Origin: Haliotis rufescens
Taxonomy: Eukaryota
Reading direction: 5' to 3'
NCBI RefSeq assembly: GCF_023055435.1
Contig: NW_025964334.1
Span: forward strand, 48,112,001 to 48,176,000
DNA: 64,000 bases
This document shows, piece after piece, positions 23,540 through 37,635 of this stretch; positions within the stretch are counted from its first letter, which is position 1; each line of letters opens with the position of its first letter. Below the pieces are notes generated by a model, which was given only the letters and a program-made list of their open reading frames with translations, made no database searches and had not been told where the DNA came from. Made by a program: the position numbers and the translations under genes.

Positions 23540-26500
23540 AAGGTTTAAAAGTGGCAGAATTATGGATTTTGTGGACTTACAGGACTTACGTACAATTGTT
23601 TTACCATACTTCAACCCCCGGTTATTCAGTTATGAATTCATTCTACCAAATTAAAAATCAATTACTTTATACGTGCTTGACTGTGATTCTCTCGTCACAA
23701 GGGATACAAAACGGATGGTCCTCACCTTACATTCGTGTGTATATCTTGAATGGCCAATATGACATCGTCGTAAAATGACCTCTTCAAATCTGGACTGACA
23801 ACCCAAGTAGGTGTAACCATAGTTGGCTTAATTTGATGTGATTTATTGATACCTACTTGGGCGTCCCACTTCTTTGGCATAAGATCCCTGATGTAACATC
23901 TCATCACAGGTTTATTCTCACTGTTTAGAATTAGAATTAGTGTCACAGATTTGTTGAGTGCTGCTTCAGCTTCAGCATCAGCCATTGTGTTGACTTTTAT
24001 AACCACATGACTGGGCAACCAACAAAAGACAATGTCGTATTGACCAGTTGAAAGATCAACATAAAGTTCTAAAATGTTTAAAATATTTGGATGATTAGAA
24101 GAGACTTTTTTCAGTACCTGAAGACAAGATAGAGATTCAGAAAAGATGACAAATTGTTTATATGCAAACCTCTTTTGAATGTATATCAAAGGCTGTATGG
24201 ATAGCATTGGCCTCAGCAGGGAAAATTGAGCTATTGTATGGTATTCTAGATGATAAATGTTTTGATCCAACGACAGTGGTGCATGCTTGGATCCATCAGT
24301 TAATGTTGAACGGTGTGTGTCGTATTTATTTCTTAATTGTAAATCTTCCTGTTGATATACTAGTTGGTTTGTGTCAGATATAATAAAACGGGTTAGAGAA
24401 ACGTCTACTCCTGGCCTCACCAGCTGCCAGGGAGGAGTAGATAAGAGCTGGTATGGAGATATAATACCTAGAACTATATTTGCAGCAATAATGTGTGATT
24501 TGATCCGAATTCCAAGTGGTGAAAACAGTTTTGGTTTTCTCTGAAACAGTTCTTCATATAGGGGATGAAAAACGGAGTCATAGGCAGGATTAAAAGGATT
24601 GGAGTGTAATTTAGCGATATATTGAAGAGACAATTTAATACCACGTTGTTCAAAGAAGGTTCATCAGCCTCGACATAGATTCTGTCGACTGGAGAAGTTC
24701 TAAAAGAACCAAGGCATAGTCGTAGTCCTTGATGGTGGATTCAATCTAGCTGTAAGCTCCAGCATACACAATGGAGGCATTGTCCAATTTAGAGCAGATT
24801 AATGATCCCCTCCCAACTTTGAATTTGAGACGACTTTCAAAATATATAGGGCCTTCAGGCATTTAGTCTTTAAATATTTAATCTGTGGCAAAAACGTCAA
24901 ATGGTGGTCGAAAAACAATCCAAAAAATGTGGCTTCTTTAATCCTTAAACCTTAATTGGAGTGTTATCTGGGTCTTTATGGGGGTTTATATTTCCGACAG
25001 AAATTTATGCAAATGGTCTTTGTCTGTGAAAACTTAAAGCCATTCTCTAGACACCATTTATGAATTTTATTAAGACACAACTGTAACTGTCTATCAATGG
25101 CACGCATATTTTTACCACAACATGAAATATTAAAATCATCCCCAAACAATGACCAATCGGTTGAGTCATTTAATACTTTAGATAAACTTTTTATTTTTAT
25201 ACTAAACAATTGACAGAAAATATACTGCCCTTTGGAACACACTAATGCTGACTATAATGATAAGACAGGGTCGATACAACACGAACTTGAAATTGTCTGT
25301 CTGTTAAAAACTGTGATACAAATTGAGGCAAGCGGCCTCTTAAACCAAAGTCATGTAAATCTTTTAAAATACCATGCTTCCAAGAGGTATCATAAGCTTT
25401 TACAAGACCGAAAAAGATCGATACAGCATGTTGTTTATTGACAAAAACATTTTTAGTAAATGATTCTAAACGAACCAAATGGTCAATTGTACCTCGTTTT
25501 TTACGAAAACCTCATTTGATATTACTGAGAAGATTGTATGGCATTTCTCCACGAAGAAGGAAAATGTCCTGTTGTCGAAATATCATCAAAAATATTCAGT
25601 GGTGTTACGAGACAAGATTCAGGCAAGTGTTTTAAGAGCTGATAATGGATATCATCAGCACCAGTTGCAGTATCATGAGCCTGTGCTAAAGCAGTGTGTA
25701 GCTCATGTAGTAAAAATACTTCGTTATAATCTTCGCCATTGTCATGTAAATCTTTTTTTTTAAAAAAACATGCTTCCAAGAGGTATCATAAGCTCTTACA
25801 AGCCCAGTTTGTTTGCAATATCTGATTTTTCAGTCAATAAATTATCGTCATTTTTTAACCTTTCTTTTTGATTTTTTGGATCACATTCCACACCTTTGAC
25901 ATAGACGTCGGTGATTTTATTTGGAAACATAATCCTTCCAAGTCTGACGTTTATTGTATTTTTAAGTTTGACGAGCCTTGGCATAATTATTTTTTACATT
26001 AATCAAATTATGAACAGTAGGATGGTCGAAAGTATTTCTCTGCCTTCTCCCTGTGCTTCCTAGTTTCTTTGCACTCGTCAGTAAACCATGGTTTCCGAAT
26101 ATGTGGGTTCACAGAGGACTTAGGAATAGTTTCATCAGAGAACAACTGAATTGGGTCAGGAACATCCATAAAAAGGTCTTGTTGCAATATGTCAATACAT
26201 ATGGTCTGAAATAATGGCCAATTTGCCTTAGACAATTTCCATCTTCTTGTAGGTGGATCATCAAAGGGGTTTATAGCTGTAAGTACTGTTGGAAAATGAT
26301 CACTTCCACAAGTCATCATGGACTGGCCATTCAAATTCATTATATAAGTTAGAATCTGTGATTGACAGATCTAATACAATATAGGTACCAGTTGTAGGAT
26401 GTAAATATGTGTTCGAGGCGTCGTTGAGTATGCATAATTTATTATTAGAGATAAAATCTTCAAGGATTTTCCCTTTATTGTTAGTATTGAAACTTCCTCA

Positions 26501-28103
26501 TAGAGGCTTGTGTCCATTAAGATCACCCATGATGATACAGGGCTTAGGTAGCTGGTCAAATACATGCTGAAGATCTGACTGCTGAAAATTTGAGGATGGG
26601 GAAATATATAGGGAACAAAGTATGAAAGTTATTTGTAGAGTAAGACGGACAGCAACAGCCTGAAGATTGCAGTTGAGAGGAACATGACTGTGGATGATGC
26701 CCTTCCTCACCAAAATGGAAGCACCGCCAGGGGCTTTATCACCTGGGGTTGAAAAAGAATGATAAGAATTGTACTGACGCAATTCAAATTTATCAGTATG
26801 CTTAAGGTAGGTTTCTTGTATATGGTTTATAATCTTGTGCTAATAATTGAACTTCATCAAGGTTATTCCTGAGTTCTCTGCAATTCCACTGATTTTAGGA
26901 GATTGAGTCATGGTGGTTCGATGGGGGATCTCTCACGTGCACGTCTGAAAGGTGGACTCCTACTATTGCTCCAGGACGATGGGGTTACGTCCATATCTAG
27001 AGTATCAAAGGAGTTGTGGAGAAGAACCTCTGATGACGAGGATTTCATGGTAGTCTGTTTTCTGTTTAGTTTTTTTTTTTCTTTTCTTGTTAGAGTTATA
27101 ACGGCAGATTCAATAATAACTGGTTCTACAGCCTCTGGCTCTTTATTAATAAGCTCTACACAAGCTTCATCAATCAAAGGTTCGGATAGGCTTATTGTTT
27201 GAGTGGAGGGCGTATTTGAAGTTACTACAGATAAAATGTTAACAGATTGCTGTGATGTAATCCATGTCAAATCTGTTTGGATAGAAATGGATGTTTTTTA
27301 GGATTTGTAGGAGCAGCAATAGCTACAACAGCAGAAAAAGTTCTGGTTAGGGAGTTTGTGGAAACTGTTTTTCAATCAGCTTCTTACCCTCGTAAAACGA
27401 TATATTCTTGAGCTTCAGGATTTTTTACTGTTTTTGCCATTCAGGACATAACCTTGATAAAGCCAGATGTCCTTTGCAGTTTGCACATTTCATTTCTGCT
27501 GTGCAGTCGGTGTTGTCATGGCTGTCACCACAGCGCTGATAGCCTACACAGTGGTCGCAAGATTTAGATCCATGACCAAACTTTTGGCACTTAAAACATC
27601 GGAGTGGATTGGGGACATACACCTCCACTCCAATGTTGAGATAACCAGCTTTAATAGACTTAGGAAGGACCGAAATAGCAAAGGTAAGCCAATAAGTGTT
27701 TGACGGGATGATGTCACCGTCTCTCGATTTCATAGTAAAACGCTTAAATGCTGTCACCCTTTGAGTTGTCAGTTCATCAGTTATTTCTTGCTCTGACATG
27801 TCGGTCAGGCAACGAGCTCTGTCTCGAACAATGCCTCGACAAGAATACAAGGTTTTGTATGCGGACACTGCAACCTCAATATTTACGAATATAATTAAAG
27901 ACAAAAGATTCAGAGATTGCTGTCTCCGTGAACACTCAACGAGAAGAGAGCCACTGAGAAGATGTGTAACGTTTTTCACTTCTCTGCAAATTCCTGGAAC
28001 AGCTTTGGAAATGGCGAATGGATTCAACTTAAATGGTTGTTTGTCAGCTGCCTCGGTCACTATACACCAGGGTTACAGGGGTGATATACTCCAGCAAGTA
28101 TGA
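23540..28103 (-). mobile_element. Decayed RNase H-containing LINE, copy B (co-duplicated with the innexin unit)
   Basis: Near-identical to copy A including most disabling lesions, with an extra ~155-bp deletion at 23671. Confidence 0.9.
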
Positions 28104-29489
28104 AGCAAATAGCAATATTTAAATACAAAATTAAATGCCAGACTCGCTTGGCCGCTTGACAAGAAATTGGATACATACTGAATCACCAGAGTTGGCCCAT
28201 GGGCCGCCGCCTTCTGGCATAAGAATCCAGGCAATCACGTTCAGTGCAATGTGTCTGCACTTTGGAAATTGGGGAATATATACGTAAATATGCACACGTT
28301 ATCAATTTGCTCAAAGTAAGCATACTATGACAAAGAAAGGAGCCCAGCGAAATATTAATGCTACTGTTTTTACACAAAGGCTTAATGCAAAAGTTAAATA
28401 TTCTAACACAAATTTCATTTTTTTAAAACATTGAGTTTGGTGGAAATAAAAATATAATATTGCAAAGCAATATTTCCTAAAGTGATAATTAAATGAAAAG
28501 TACCAGTGGTCAGGTGGATGAAAAACAAAACAGTTTTCCAAATATTATCATGATTATAGCATATTACACACATATACTCGTTTTTATTATACTCGAAGAT
28601 TGTCCACCGACCACAACACTATTAAGTTTTCTATTTGCGAAATATATTAACAGACTCAGTGGAAATAAATCACGACAATCCTCACAATTTTAATGTTATT
28701 CCACATTTTCAAACATTTAGGATCGATAGTAAACTAATGTATAAAATAAAACCCGCCTTATAAGACCGTAACAATGTTAACATAGTGAGTGATTGCATGT
28801 GATAGTAAGTGTGAATTTTGCATGTTCTTTAACAATTGCCGTCTGGCAATGCAAAGTATACTCTCTTCCTCACCTTTTCCAGAACTCCAGGTGTCATCAC
28901 TATTGATAGCGTTCAGGGACACTTGGTCTGAAAAGGGCAACGTATTATATATTCCCCAGTAACTAATCAAGACAGTACCCCACTTGTAATGAATAACGCC
29001 ATAACATGGTCTGGTATAAAAACTAAATGACATAATTGGCTCAATTTGAAATAATGAGAGTTAATAGCAGAAACTTAGGGAACATAAAGGCCGCGGTCGG
29101 TCAACAATACAACCAGCCCGCAAGTATTGTATATGTCAGCACTGTTCTGTACTATCAACAGCTAGTGCAACCAGAGGTGGAAGCAACGCTTGTCGAACAG
29201 TAATCCCAAGGATATTTCCAGGGTTTCCAGGATCCCTTTAAAGTTTCCAGTCTCTGGTTCCCTTTGTTGTAAGTATTATATTTTATTTTGAGATTGTTTT
29301 AGATTATTTCAAATCAATTAGGTTTATGGAATTAAAGGTCATTGGTCCAAGTAGAAAGGTACATAGTTTTACAACAGACAGTGGGCACTAGAGGTACATG
29401 TATATGACATTTAAACCTTGAAATGGCGATGTTAAACAAGTGATTATGTTAATAATAATGCCATAACTTTTTCAGGTTAACTACAGCGG

Positions 29490-29575
29490 AGGTTCGACAT
29501 GAATTGAATGTACACTTAGCAATACATCTTTTAGGTTCGACATGAATTGAATGTACACTTAGCAATACATCTTTT
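29490..29575. repeat. 43-bp local tandem duplication specific to the unit before copy 3
   Basis: 'aggttcgacatgaattgaatgtacacttagcaatacatctttt' occurs twice here and once at ~17943. Confidence 0.85.
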
Positions 29576-30582
29576 GGGTATATAATATGCTATTATTTAA
29601 TTATATTATGGACATTTTAATAGGACATTAAAGTTTATCTGCAATCAAATTAAAATTACAAAATGTGCAGATTCTGTCTTCATTTTGCCAACGACCTATA
29701 TCTATTTGTAACCCCGTCCCACAAATTCTCCATTGAACAAAATATCATATGTTGTACAAGGTTTTCATATTTCGAGCTTAGATTAATCGTTGACCCGTGA
29801 AGATGAGGGTTAGAATAGGTCTTAAGCAACCCTTGCTTGCCGTGAGAGCCGATTGACGGGATCCGGTGGTCAGGCTCGCTGACTTGGTAGTGCATGTCAT
29901 CATATCCCAATTGCGTCTCAGATATGACACAACTAATTGGTGAACAATATTCACATACACTATACTGAGTGTAACGTTTTAAAATATATATCAATGACTG
30001 AGTGAAGATGTTAATTAATAAACGATTTGCGTTATGAAGGGAATCACAGATAAGAAACAGTATTCCACTGTTGGCAAATTCGCAGGCTGAAAAGTTTCTG
30101 AATTCTTAGTGGGGTGGCACTTGGGTGGTTTTTTTCGAATACATGTTCATGATTAAGACCGGACGCCAAACTTCCTTTCATTGGAAATGTTTCCAAAGTG
30201 GATGCCAGACCACTGTTAACAACTTTGACTTTGTCACGAAGCACAAATTATCTCACTGAGCAGTGGGTCGACATCAACAAATCATCTCATGGGTTGGCAT
30301 ACAAATCTGTCCAAATATTAATTGAGATACTGCAGATTGAGCAGGATAATACTGCGATCACAATCCAGTTAGTTTGATGCCCCCCAAGAAGAAGTTTCGA
30401 AATCAGACCATGTCCATAAGAGGGAGACAACATCTCGCTGATCAGAAACCAGTTAACGATTATCATAATGCTGTTTCACATTTAGTTTTACTGTGAATAC
30501 TGTAAATTGGAGATGTGATGGAAAAACGTATGTATTGTGTATTTTTGTATCGTTATGTGTCGGTCTCGTATAGTGTTTAAAA

Positions 30583-30937
30583 GGTGAGTTGAGGTGAAAT
30601 GGGGTTTAACGTCGCGTCCAAGATTATTGCACTCATATAGCGACGTGCATGTACGTGTGTGTGTTTGTGTGGCTGCTTGAACTAGTCCGGACTGATTCCG
30701 ATTTATAGTGCTATCTTACTGAGATACTATGCCGCAGTATAACATGAATACCCCACTCAGACACAGTATACTGACTCCGAGCCAACCAGTCCTTGTTTTA
30801 GCCCCTTAATGCCGAGAGCCAGACAGGGTAACAACAAGTACCATTTTTAACGTCTTTTGGTATGACGCGGTCGGGGTCGAACCCCGGACCTTCCGCTCTC
30901 CGGTCGGACGCTCTACCACTAGACCACGGAGGCGGAC
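30583..30937 (-). mobile_element. Meta-type SINE (duplicate of 18992-19345)
   Basis: Near-identical sequence and the same flanks. Confidence 0.85.
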
Positions 30938-31589
30938 TACAATGTTGAAGAAACAAGATGGTGTTAATCCCTTGTCCAGCTGCTGAACAAATAACAAGTC
31001 ACTGTTTATGGTTCCCAACAGGATGTTAATGATAAAATGCTAGTTACAGATTGTCAATTGTTATTTTAATTATTCACAATAGCAAAATCAAAGGTGACGT
31101 TTTACACATTCAATAATTCAAGATATACAATGTTGTTATTGTTGTAGGATTAACAGAAATAGCAGAAACAGTATATGTACATTGACTTAATATTTATAGG
31201 ACAATTGATATTCGCAAAAAAAATGCAATTACTTTTATCACTTACTTGCCCTTTGACATTACTTTAAATAGATTATATTTTGTAAGTGGTATGGTATGTT
31301 GGGAGTGACACTTGGCGCTTTGCTGCCTGAACTAGTCTGAACTAATGTATTATAGTGCAAGCCCTCTAAGATACCATGCCACAGTTTAACATATGTACCT
31401 CACACGGACACAGTATCACCCCTTAATGCAGAGTGCCAGGCAGAGTAATAACAATGCGATCTCATAACGCATTTTGGTGTCATCGAACCACCAGCCCTCA
31501 GCTCTCTGGACAGACGCTCTATCCGCTACACCTATCTACACAATAACATGTTAATATATGAACTATGTGTTGAATGTTTACAGACAACA

Positions 31590-32768
31590 ATGGCCGCTTT
31601 CCTGTCAATATTTAGACGTGGTTTGGATCAGGACATGGTGGACAATGTGAACGGATTCTGGTCGGTTCTCCTCTTGGCCCTCTGCTCGGCTGGGGCATTT
31701 CTAGTGCGATACATTACTGATCCTACAAGCTGCTGGTACCCTTCACAATTTGAGGCATCACAGGTTTCATACTCCGACCATGCCTGCTTCCTCACGGACG
31801 TCTTTTCCCAACCTGCCACAAGTGATGTCCCCAAACTAAGGCATGATCGTGTCCCTTCCTACCATCTCTGGATACCACTCATACTCTTCTTCCAAGCCCT
31901 CGCTTTCAAAGTACCAAACATCATCTGGAACAGTGGCAAGCACTTCCTCACTTTCAACATGGACGAAACTGTCGAGTCCATGAAATGTGTACAACTGACC
32001 AATGCTGAGAATCGACAGGCTATTTTCAGTGATGCAGCCCGAGTATTTGGAAGTCTACTGAGAAGAAATCGATTCTTTCTGGCGCTGTTGTACCTATTTG
32101 TGAAGATTCTCTCATGTGTCAATCTCATAGCACAGTTTATGTTCCTCACGATATACTTCAGACAAAACCTGGCAATCAGGGTAGGATCCTATGCTGGTTT
32201 GGATATGGGCTCCATCGTAAAACCATTACTTGTGAAACAGGTATTTTGCGACATCGGTGTGTATATTATGGCAAATCTTCGAACATACACCGTTCAGTGC
32301 ACTCTGCCAATCACCGAAATCTATGAGAAGATGTTCATATTCCTGTGGTACTGGGTCTTCCTCCTGGCTGTCCTCACAATCCTAAACCTTGTCCTGTGCG
32401 CAGGATTTCTCTTCATACCGTTCCTAAGAGATGGCAGGATAGCTGCCCACATCAACGCTGCCAAAGGATCTCGCCCTGACGAACCCAAAGTAACTCGTTT
32501 CATCAGAAGTTTCCTCGGAATCGATGGTGTGCTTGTCCTGTCCATGATATCCCGGAATTCCAGCGAGTTAGTTGCAGCAGATCTCACCCAACATTTGTAC
32601 CAGGTGTTTCAGGAGAAGGAAGAAGATCTTCAGAATCAGCGACATCTCTGCACAGGAGAACCGGAATGTGGCATTGTCCGAGATGAAGCAACAGGAACCG
32701 TGGCAGCTTTACCAATGAGCGATCTACCCTCTGGCGCCGAAAAGTCGGAGAAGGCCCCGATTGTGTGA
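31590..32768 (+). CDS. Innexin paralogue 3 (392 aa)
   Basis: Five aa differences from copy 2; EL2 identical to copy 2. Confidence 0.95.
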   Translation: MAAFLSIFRRGLDQDMVDNVNGFWSVLLLALCSAGAFLVRYITDPTSCWYPSQFEASQVSYSDHACFLTDVFSQPATSDVPKLRHDRVPSYHLWIPLILFFQALAFKVPNIIWNSGKHFLTFNMDETVESMKCVQLTNAENRQAIFSDAARVFGSLLRRNRFFLALLYLFVKILSCVNLIAQFMFLTIYFRQNLAIRVGSYAGLDMGSIVKPLLVKQVFCDIGVYIMANLRTYTVQCTLPITEIYEKMFIFLWYWVFLLAVLTILNLVLCAGFLFIPFLRDGRIAAHINAAKGSRPDEPKVTRFIRSFLGIDGVLVLSMISRNSSELVAADLTQHLYQVFQEKEEDLQNQRHLCTGEPECGIVRDEATGTVAALPMSDLPSGAEKSEKAPIV

Positions 32769-33451
32769 CAACAGAACTGGTGTGCCATGCATTGAATGTA
32801 TTTAATTATAATGTTGGGTTTTGAAATAATCTGGTGTTGAAAGGTTCGCTTGTCACGCCTAAGTCCGAGGTTGATTTCCTGCATGTGTATATTGTCTGAA
32901 GCCCAAAGCGGTGTTAAACTATATTCAATCGCTTAATTATTATTGTATTAAGAGTAATAACACTCACTGATTCTTTGAATGTCTGAAATGGACATCCAGT
33001 TTGTTGAATTCCGTAATGACAGCGCCTCTATTAAAATATTTGACATTGGCACTTAACATGAAAGTATTCCTGTGTTTTTTTCTCACAGCTCTGACGTTTG
33101 GTGATGTCAGAGACTCACTGAGATGTTTCCCCGTATTGATTGACATCAATGTCAATGGCATCGTCATTTTTCAACCTGAGCAACAACCCAAGCCGTTTGG
33201 GCATGATGACACACGTTGTACTATTGGATAGTCATTAGTTGGGTCTTACCACATGCAGCAGGTGCCGGCGACCGGCACTATTTCCTGTCCTATAATATGG
33301 TTTAGAGTGGTTGAGGAGCCTAGTGGTTACACCAAACACCCGGGTTTCTTCATCATTTGTGGTGTTCCACAATGATATTGCTGGAATACTGTGAAAAGTG
33401 GCGCAGAAACGTACTCACCCTCTCTCACACATACACACAAACAAACACACA

Positions 33452-33503
<52 letters not shown>

Positions 33504-35849
33504 CACGTACACACTATGACCACTCGTGTCATTTCGGGACGAGTTGATTGGTCTCAGAAATAGCTGTCTAAATATAATCGAGTCTGAAACAGTCAGATTA
33601 TTATCCACGCCGTTGGGATACGATGAGACGCTATCAAGTCACGTGACCACACGATCCCATGAACATGCATTCGGGTTAGACCTGGACTTCAGTTACCCTT
33701 AAGTGCAGGGGACTTTGCTTCTCAAATTAAAGAGTCGACTGACAACGAAAGTAAGTGCACACACTTGGAAATTGGATTTGGCAAAAAAGGTGTCTTGGCT
33801 GAAAACAGTCGCCAAAACACTGCAAACGTAAGGTCCACAATACAACTGTGACACCTGTATCCAATACATCACGATCACCTTTTCTTGTTTGTTTCATTTT
33901 AGCCACCATCAGACATGAGTGTATCCTTTCTTTTGCCCGGCAGTTTATGTCGGAGTGATAACGAGTCACTCGTGATTAAGAATGTCAGTGCAATTTGAGC
34001 TTGATGATCGATGTTTGATTTTTATTTTCTTTATCTCAATATAGTTATTTATATGCACTTTATGATATTTTGCAGTTTTGAATACGTTCTGGTCGGTTAT
34101 ACACAACACGGATAGTGAGATGATGTTTTCTTGCTACTGGGTTGAGATTTTACGAGTTAAAAAATAAGAACCTTATCTAATATGCGCGTAACACTTTCTC
34201 CAACAGTCTGATTTGAACCTCGTTGTTATACCGTTGTTCTCATGATAAGTAAATTAACAAAAGATTTTGAATTTCGGATTTGTAATTTTTTTATTTTTTT
34301 TGCAGTGACTGACATCCAAAATACTCAGATCATTCGTACCATATATGCCAAGATTTTTCGCCTCATTCTCTTAGGTGCTCCGACATTCGCCTATCGGATG
34401 AATGTTGTTTTAAACCGGATGCAGTTGACAATGATCTAGCTACAACACGACAGTCTGTATGTGATAATTATAGACGCTGGTTGAAAGTATGAACACCGAT
34501 CTACGTCCTGGCGGAACGCTGCCACATAATCAGCCAGGCCACATGATGTCAACCAGGTTCTCAAATCTTGCAGGGGATTCTTCGAACGTATCCTGAGCCC
34601 TGTTCCAGAGAGTGTTCGTAGAGCTATGTCGATCGTAACTCACATACTTTTAATATAGACTTACGTAACGCTACGATTGCCTTGTGGAACCGGTCGCTGT
34701 CCTTGAACCATTACATTACCTTGCATAACCACAAAAACTGGGCATGGGATTCTTCAGAATGATGACAAACAATTTTTGACAAACAAGGTCTTGTGAGCTT
34801 AGTGACAAAATATTTGAAAAAAGTTGATTTTATCTTCTAACATGATTCAGTGCACGTCGATAAATCCCCCGAATCAGAGCCCAGCACTGGTTTTGTGATT
34901 GGAGTGACATGGACTTTTTTCTCTTCATTGAAGACCCCATTAGATCAGTATAATGTTTAAAAGTGGCAGAATTATGGATTTAATATATACTCTTCAAAAA
35001 ACGTAGGGGCTCATGAAATGTAAATGTTAATCCTGACAACAAAGGTAAACGTTGACGACACACATCCTATGCTTGAACGTTTATGTCCATAAAACATGAC
35101 AGCAAAACACACCGACAGTCTGCACGTGCCACACTTGCGTGGGATTGCCATTCCTCGTTTTCTCACTTTCAAGGAAGGTCGATTAATCTCTGTGGACCAT
35201 TGTTTCTGTCAACTTCTATATTCTGCTTATCATACACTTGTGATTTTCTTGATTTCATGTATTCTGTGTGTATGAACTAGCGATGCAAACTACTGATCCA
35301 AAAACTTTCCCATCTTACCCTAATCGTCCTTTAAGATCGTTGGCAGTCATAATACCATATACTGTCATACTTCACTGCCGGTTTGTTCGACAAAGTCTTG
35401 TTTGTTAAAGTTAGTTTACCACAAGAATTTGATTTCGAGATATGTTAGCCTCATTGTGTGATATTAATCATGTTCAGTGAGTGAGTGAGTTAATATATAA
35501 AGTCACATTGGCACTATTTCAGCCATATCATAAAAACCTGTCGTCGAAGGACAGTACAACATCTAGCAATTTATCACAGATTATAATTGTAAAACTAGTT
35601 TTAGAACAATAAAGTCATCAGATTATAACAGAAGACACATTATAAAAACGGGCTGTAGATCGCCAGAAACCAAAGTTAGGCCACCATACAAGGCACCATG
35701 GGGACTTACGCTACCTACATGGTACCCCAGCAGGATTAATACCTTCCCTCTGCCTACTGGCGGTGATCAGAAAGATTAGCCAAACAGTTAAAATCAACAA
35801 AAATACTATGATTAAAATCACAGAGAAATGAAAAGATACTGTGAATGAT

Positions 35850-36688
35850 ACTCTTATCCCTTGTAATGGAAAAATCAATACAGTCAAGCAGTACGTGTCT
35901 CATCACAAGGGATACAAAACGGAGGATCCTCACCTTTTAAGAGACATTCGTGTGCATATCTTGAATGGCCAATACGTAAAATGGTGTAACCATAGTTGGC
36001 TTAATTTGATGTAATTTATTGATACCTACTTCGGTGTCCCACTTCTTTGGCATAAGATCACCTGATCACAGGTTTATAATCACTGTATGGAATTAGAAGT
36101 GGTGTCGCAGATTTGTTGAGTGCTGCTTGAGCTTCAGCATCAGCCATTTGGCAACCAACAAAAGACGATGTTGTATTGGCCAGTTGAAAGACCAACATAA
36201 AGTTCTAAAATGTTAAAAATATTTGGATGATTAGAAGAGACTTTTTTTAGTGACTGAAGACAAGATAGAGAATCAGAAAAGATGACAAATTATTTATATG
36301 CAGAGCTTTTTTGAATGTATATCAAAGGCTGTAAGGATAGCATTGGCCTCAGCAATGAAAATTTAGCTATTGTCTGGCATTCTAGATGATAAATGTTTTG
36401 ATCCAGCGACAGTGGTGCATGCTGCTTTGTCACTGTCCTTGGATCCATCAGTAAATATTGAACGGTGTGTGTTATATTTATCTCTTAATTGTAAACATTC
36501 CTGTTGATATACTAGTTGGTTTGTGTCAGATATAAAACGGGTTAGAGAAACGTCTACTTCTGGCCTCACCAGCTGCCAGGGAGGAGTAGATAAGAGCTGG
36601 TATGGAGATATAATATCTAGATCTATATTTTCAGCAATAATGTGACATTTGATCCGAATGCCAAGTGGTGGAAACAGTTTTGGTTTTC
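35850..36688 (-). mobile_element. 3' (RNase H) fragment of the same LINE
   Basis: SIFTDGSKDSDKAACTTV. It retains bases deleted in copies A and B and is truncated at 36688, where it joins innexin upstream sequence. Confidence 0.85.
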
Positions 36689-37635
36689 TCACTGAGCAGT
36701 GGGTCGACACCAACAAATCATCTCATGGGTTGGCACACAAATCTGTACAAATATTCATTGAGATACTGCAGATTGAGCAGGATAATCCAATTAGTTTGAT
36801 GCCCCCCGAGAAGAAGTTTCGAAATCAGACCATGTCCATGAGAAGGAGACAACATCTCGCTGATCAAAAGCCAGTTACCGATTATGACAATGCTGTTTCA
36901 CATTTAGTTTTACTGTGAATACTGTAAATTGGAGATTGGAGTATGTATTGTGTATTTTTGTGTCGTTATGCGTCGGTCCCGTACATTGTTTGAAGAAACA
37001 CGATGGTGTTTATCCCTTGGCCAGCTGCTGGACAAATAACAAGTCACTGTTTATGGCACCCAAAAGGATGTTAATAATAAAATGCTAGTTACAGATTGTT
37101 AATTGTCATTTTAATTACTGACAACAGCAAAATCAAAGGTGACGCTTTACACATTCAGAAATTCAAGATATTCAATATTGTTATTTTTGTAGGGTTAACA
37201 GAAATAGCAGAAACAGTATATGTACATTGACTTAATATTTATAGGATAATTGATATTCGCAAAAAATTGCAATCATTTTTTCACTTACTTGCTCTTTGAC
37301 ATTACTTTAAATAGTTTATATTATGTAACTATGATATGGTATGTTGGGAGTGACACTTGGCGCTTTGCTGCCTGAACTAGTCTGAACTAATGTATTATAG
37401 TGCAAGCCCTCTAAGATACCATGCTAGAGTTAAACATGTGTACCTCACACAGACACAGTATTACCCCTTAATGCCGAGCGCCTGGCAGAGTAAAAACAAA
37501 TACGATCTCATAACGCATTTTGGTATGATCGAACCACCAGCCCTCAGCTCTCTGGGCAGACGCTCTATCCGCTACACCTATCTACACAATAACAGTTTAA
37601 TATATGCACTATGTGTTGTATGTTTACAGACAACA

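Noticed and set aside
37390-37635. N-terminal extensions of the innexin ORFs (also 19956, 31548, 45753)
   Set aside because: They differ in length between copies, the longer ones run through a decayed SINE, and all lie upstream of a conserved splice acceptor. The shared start is MAAFLS.
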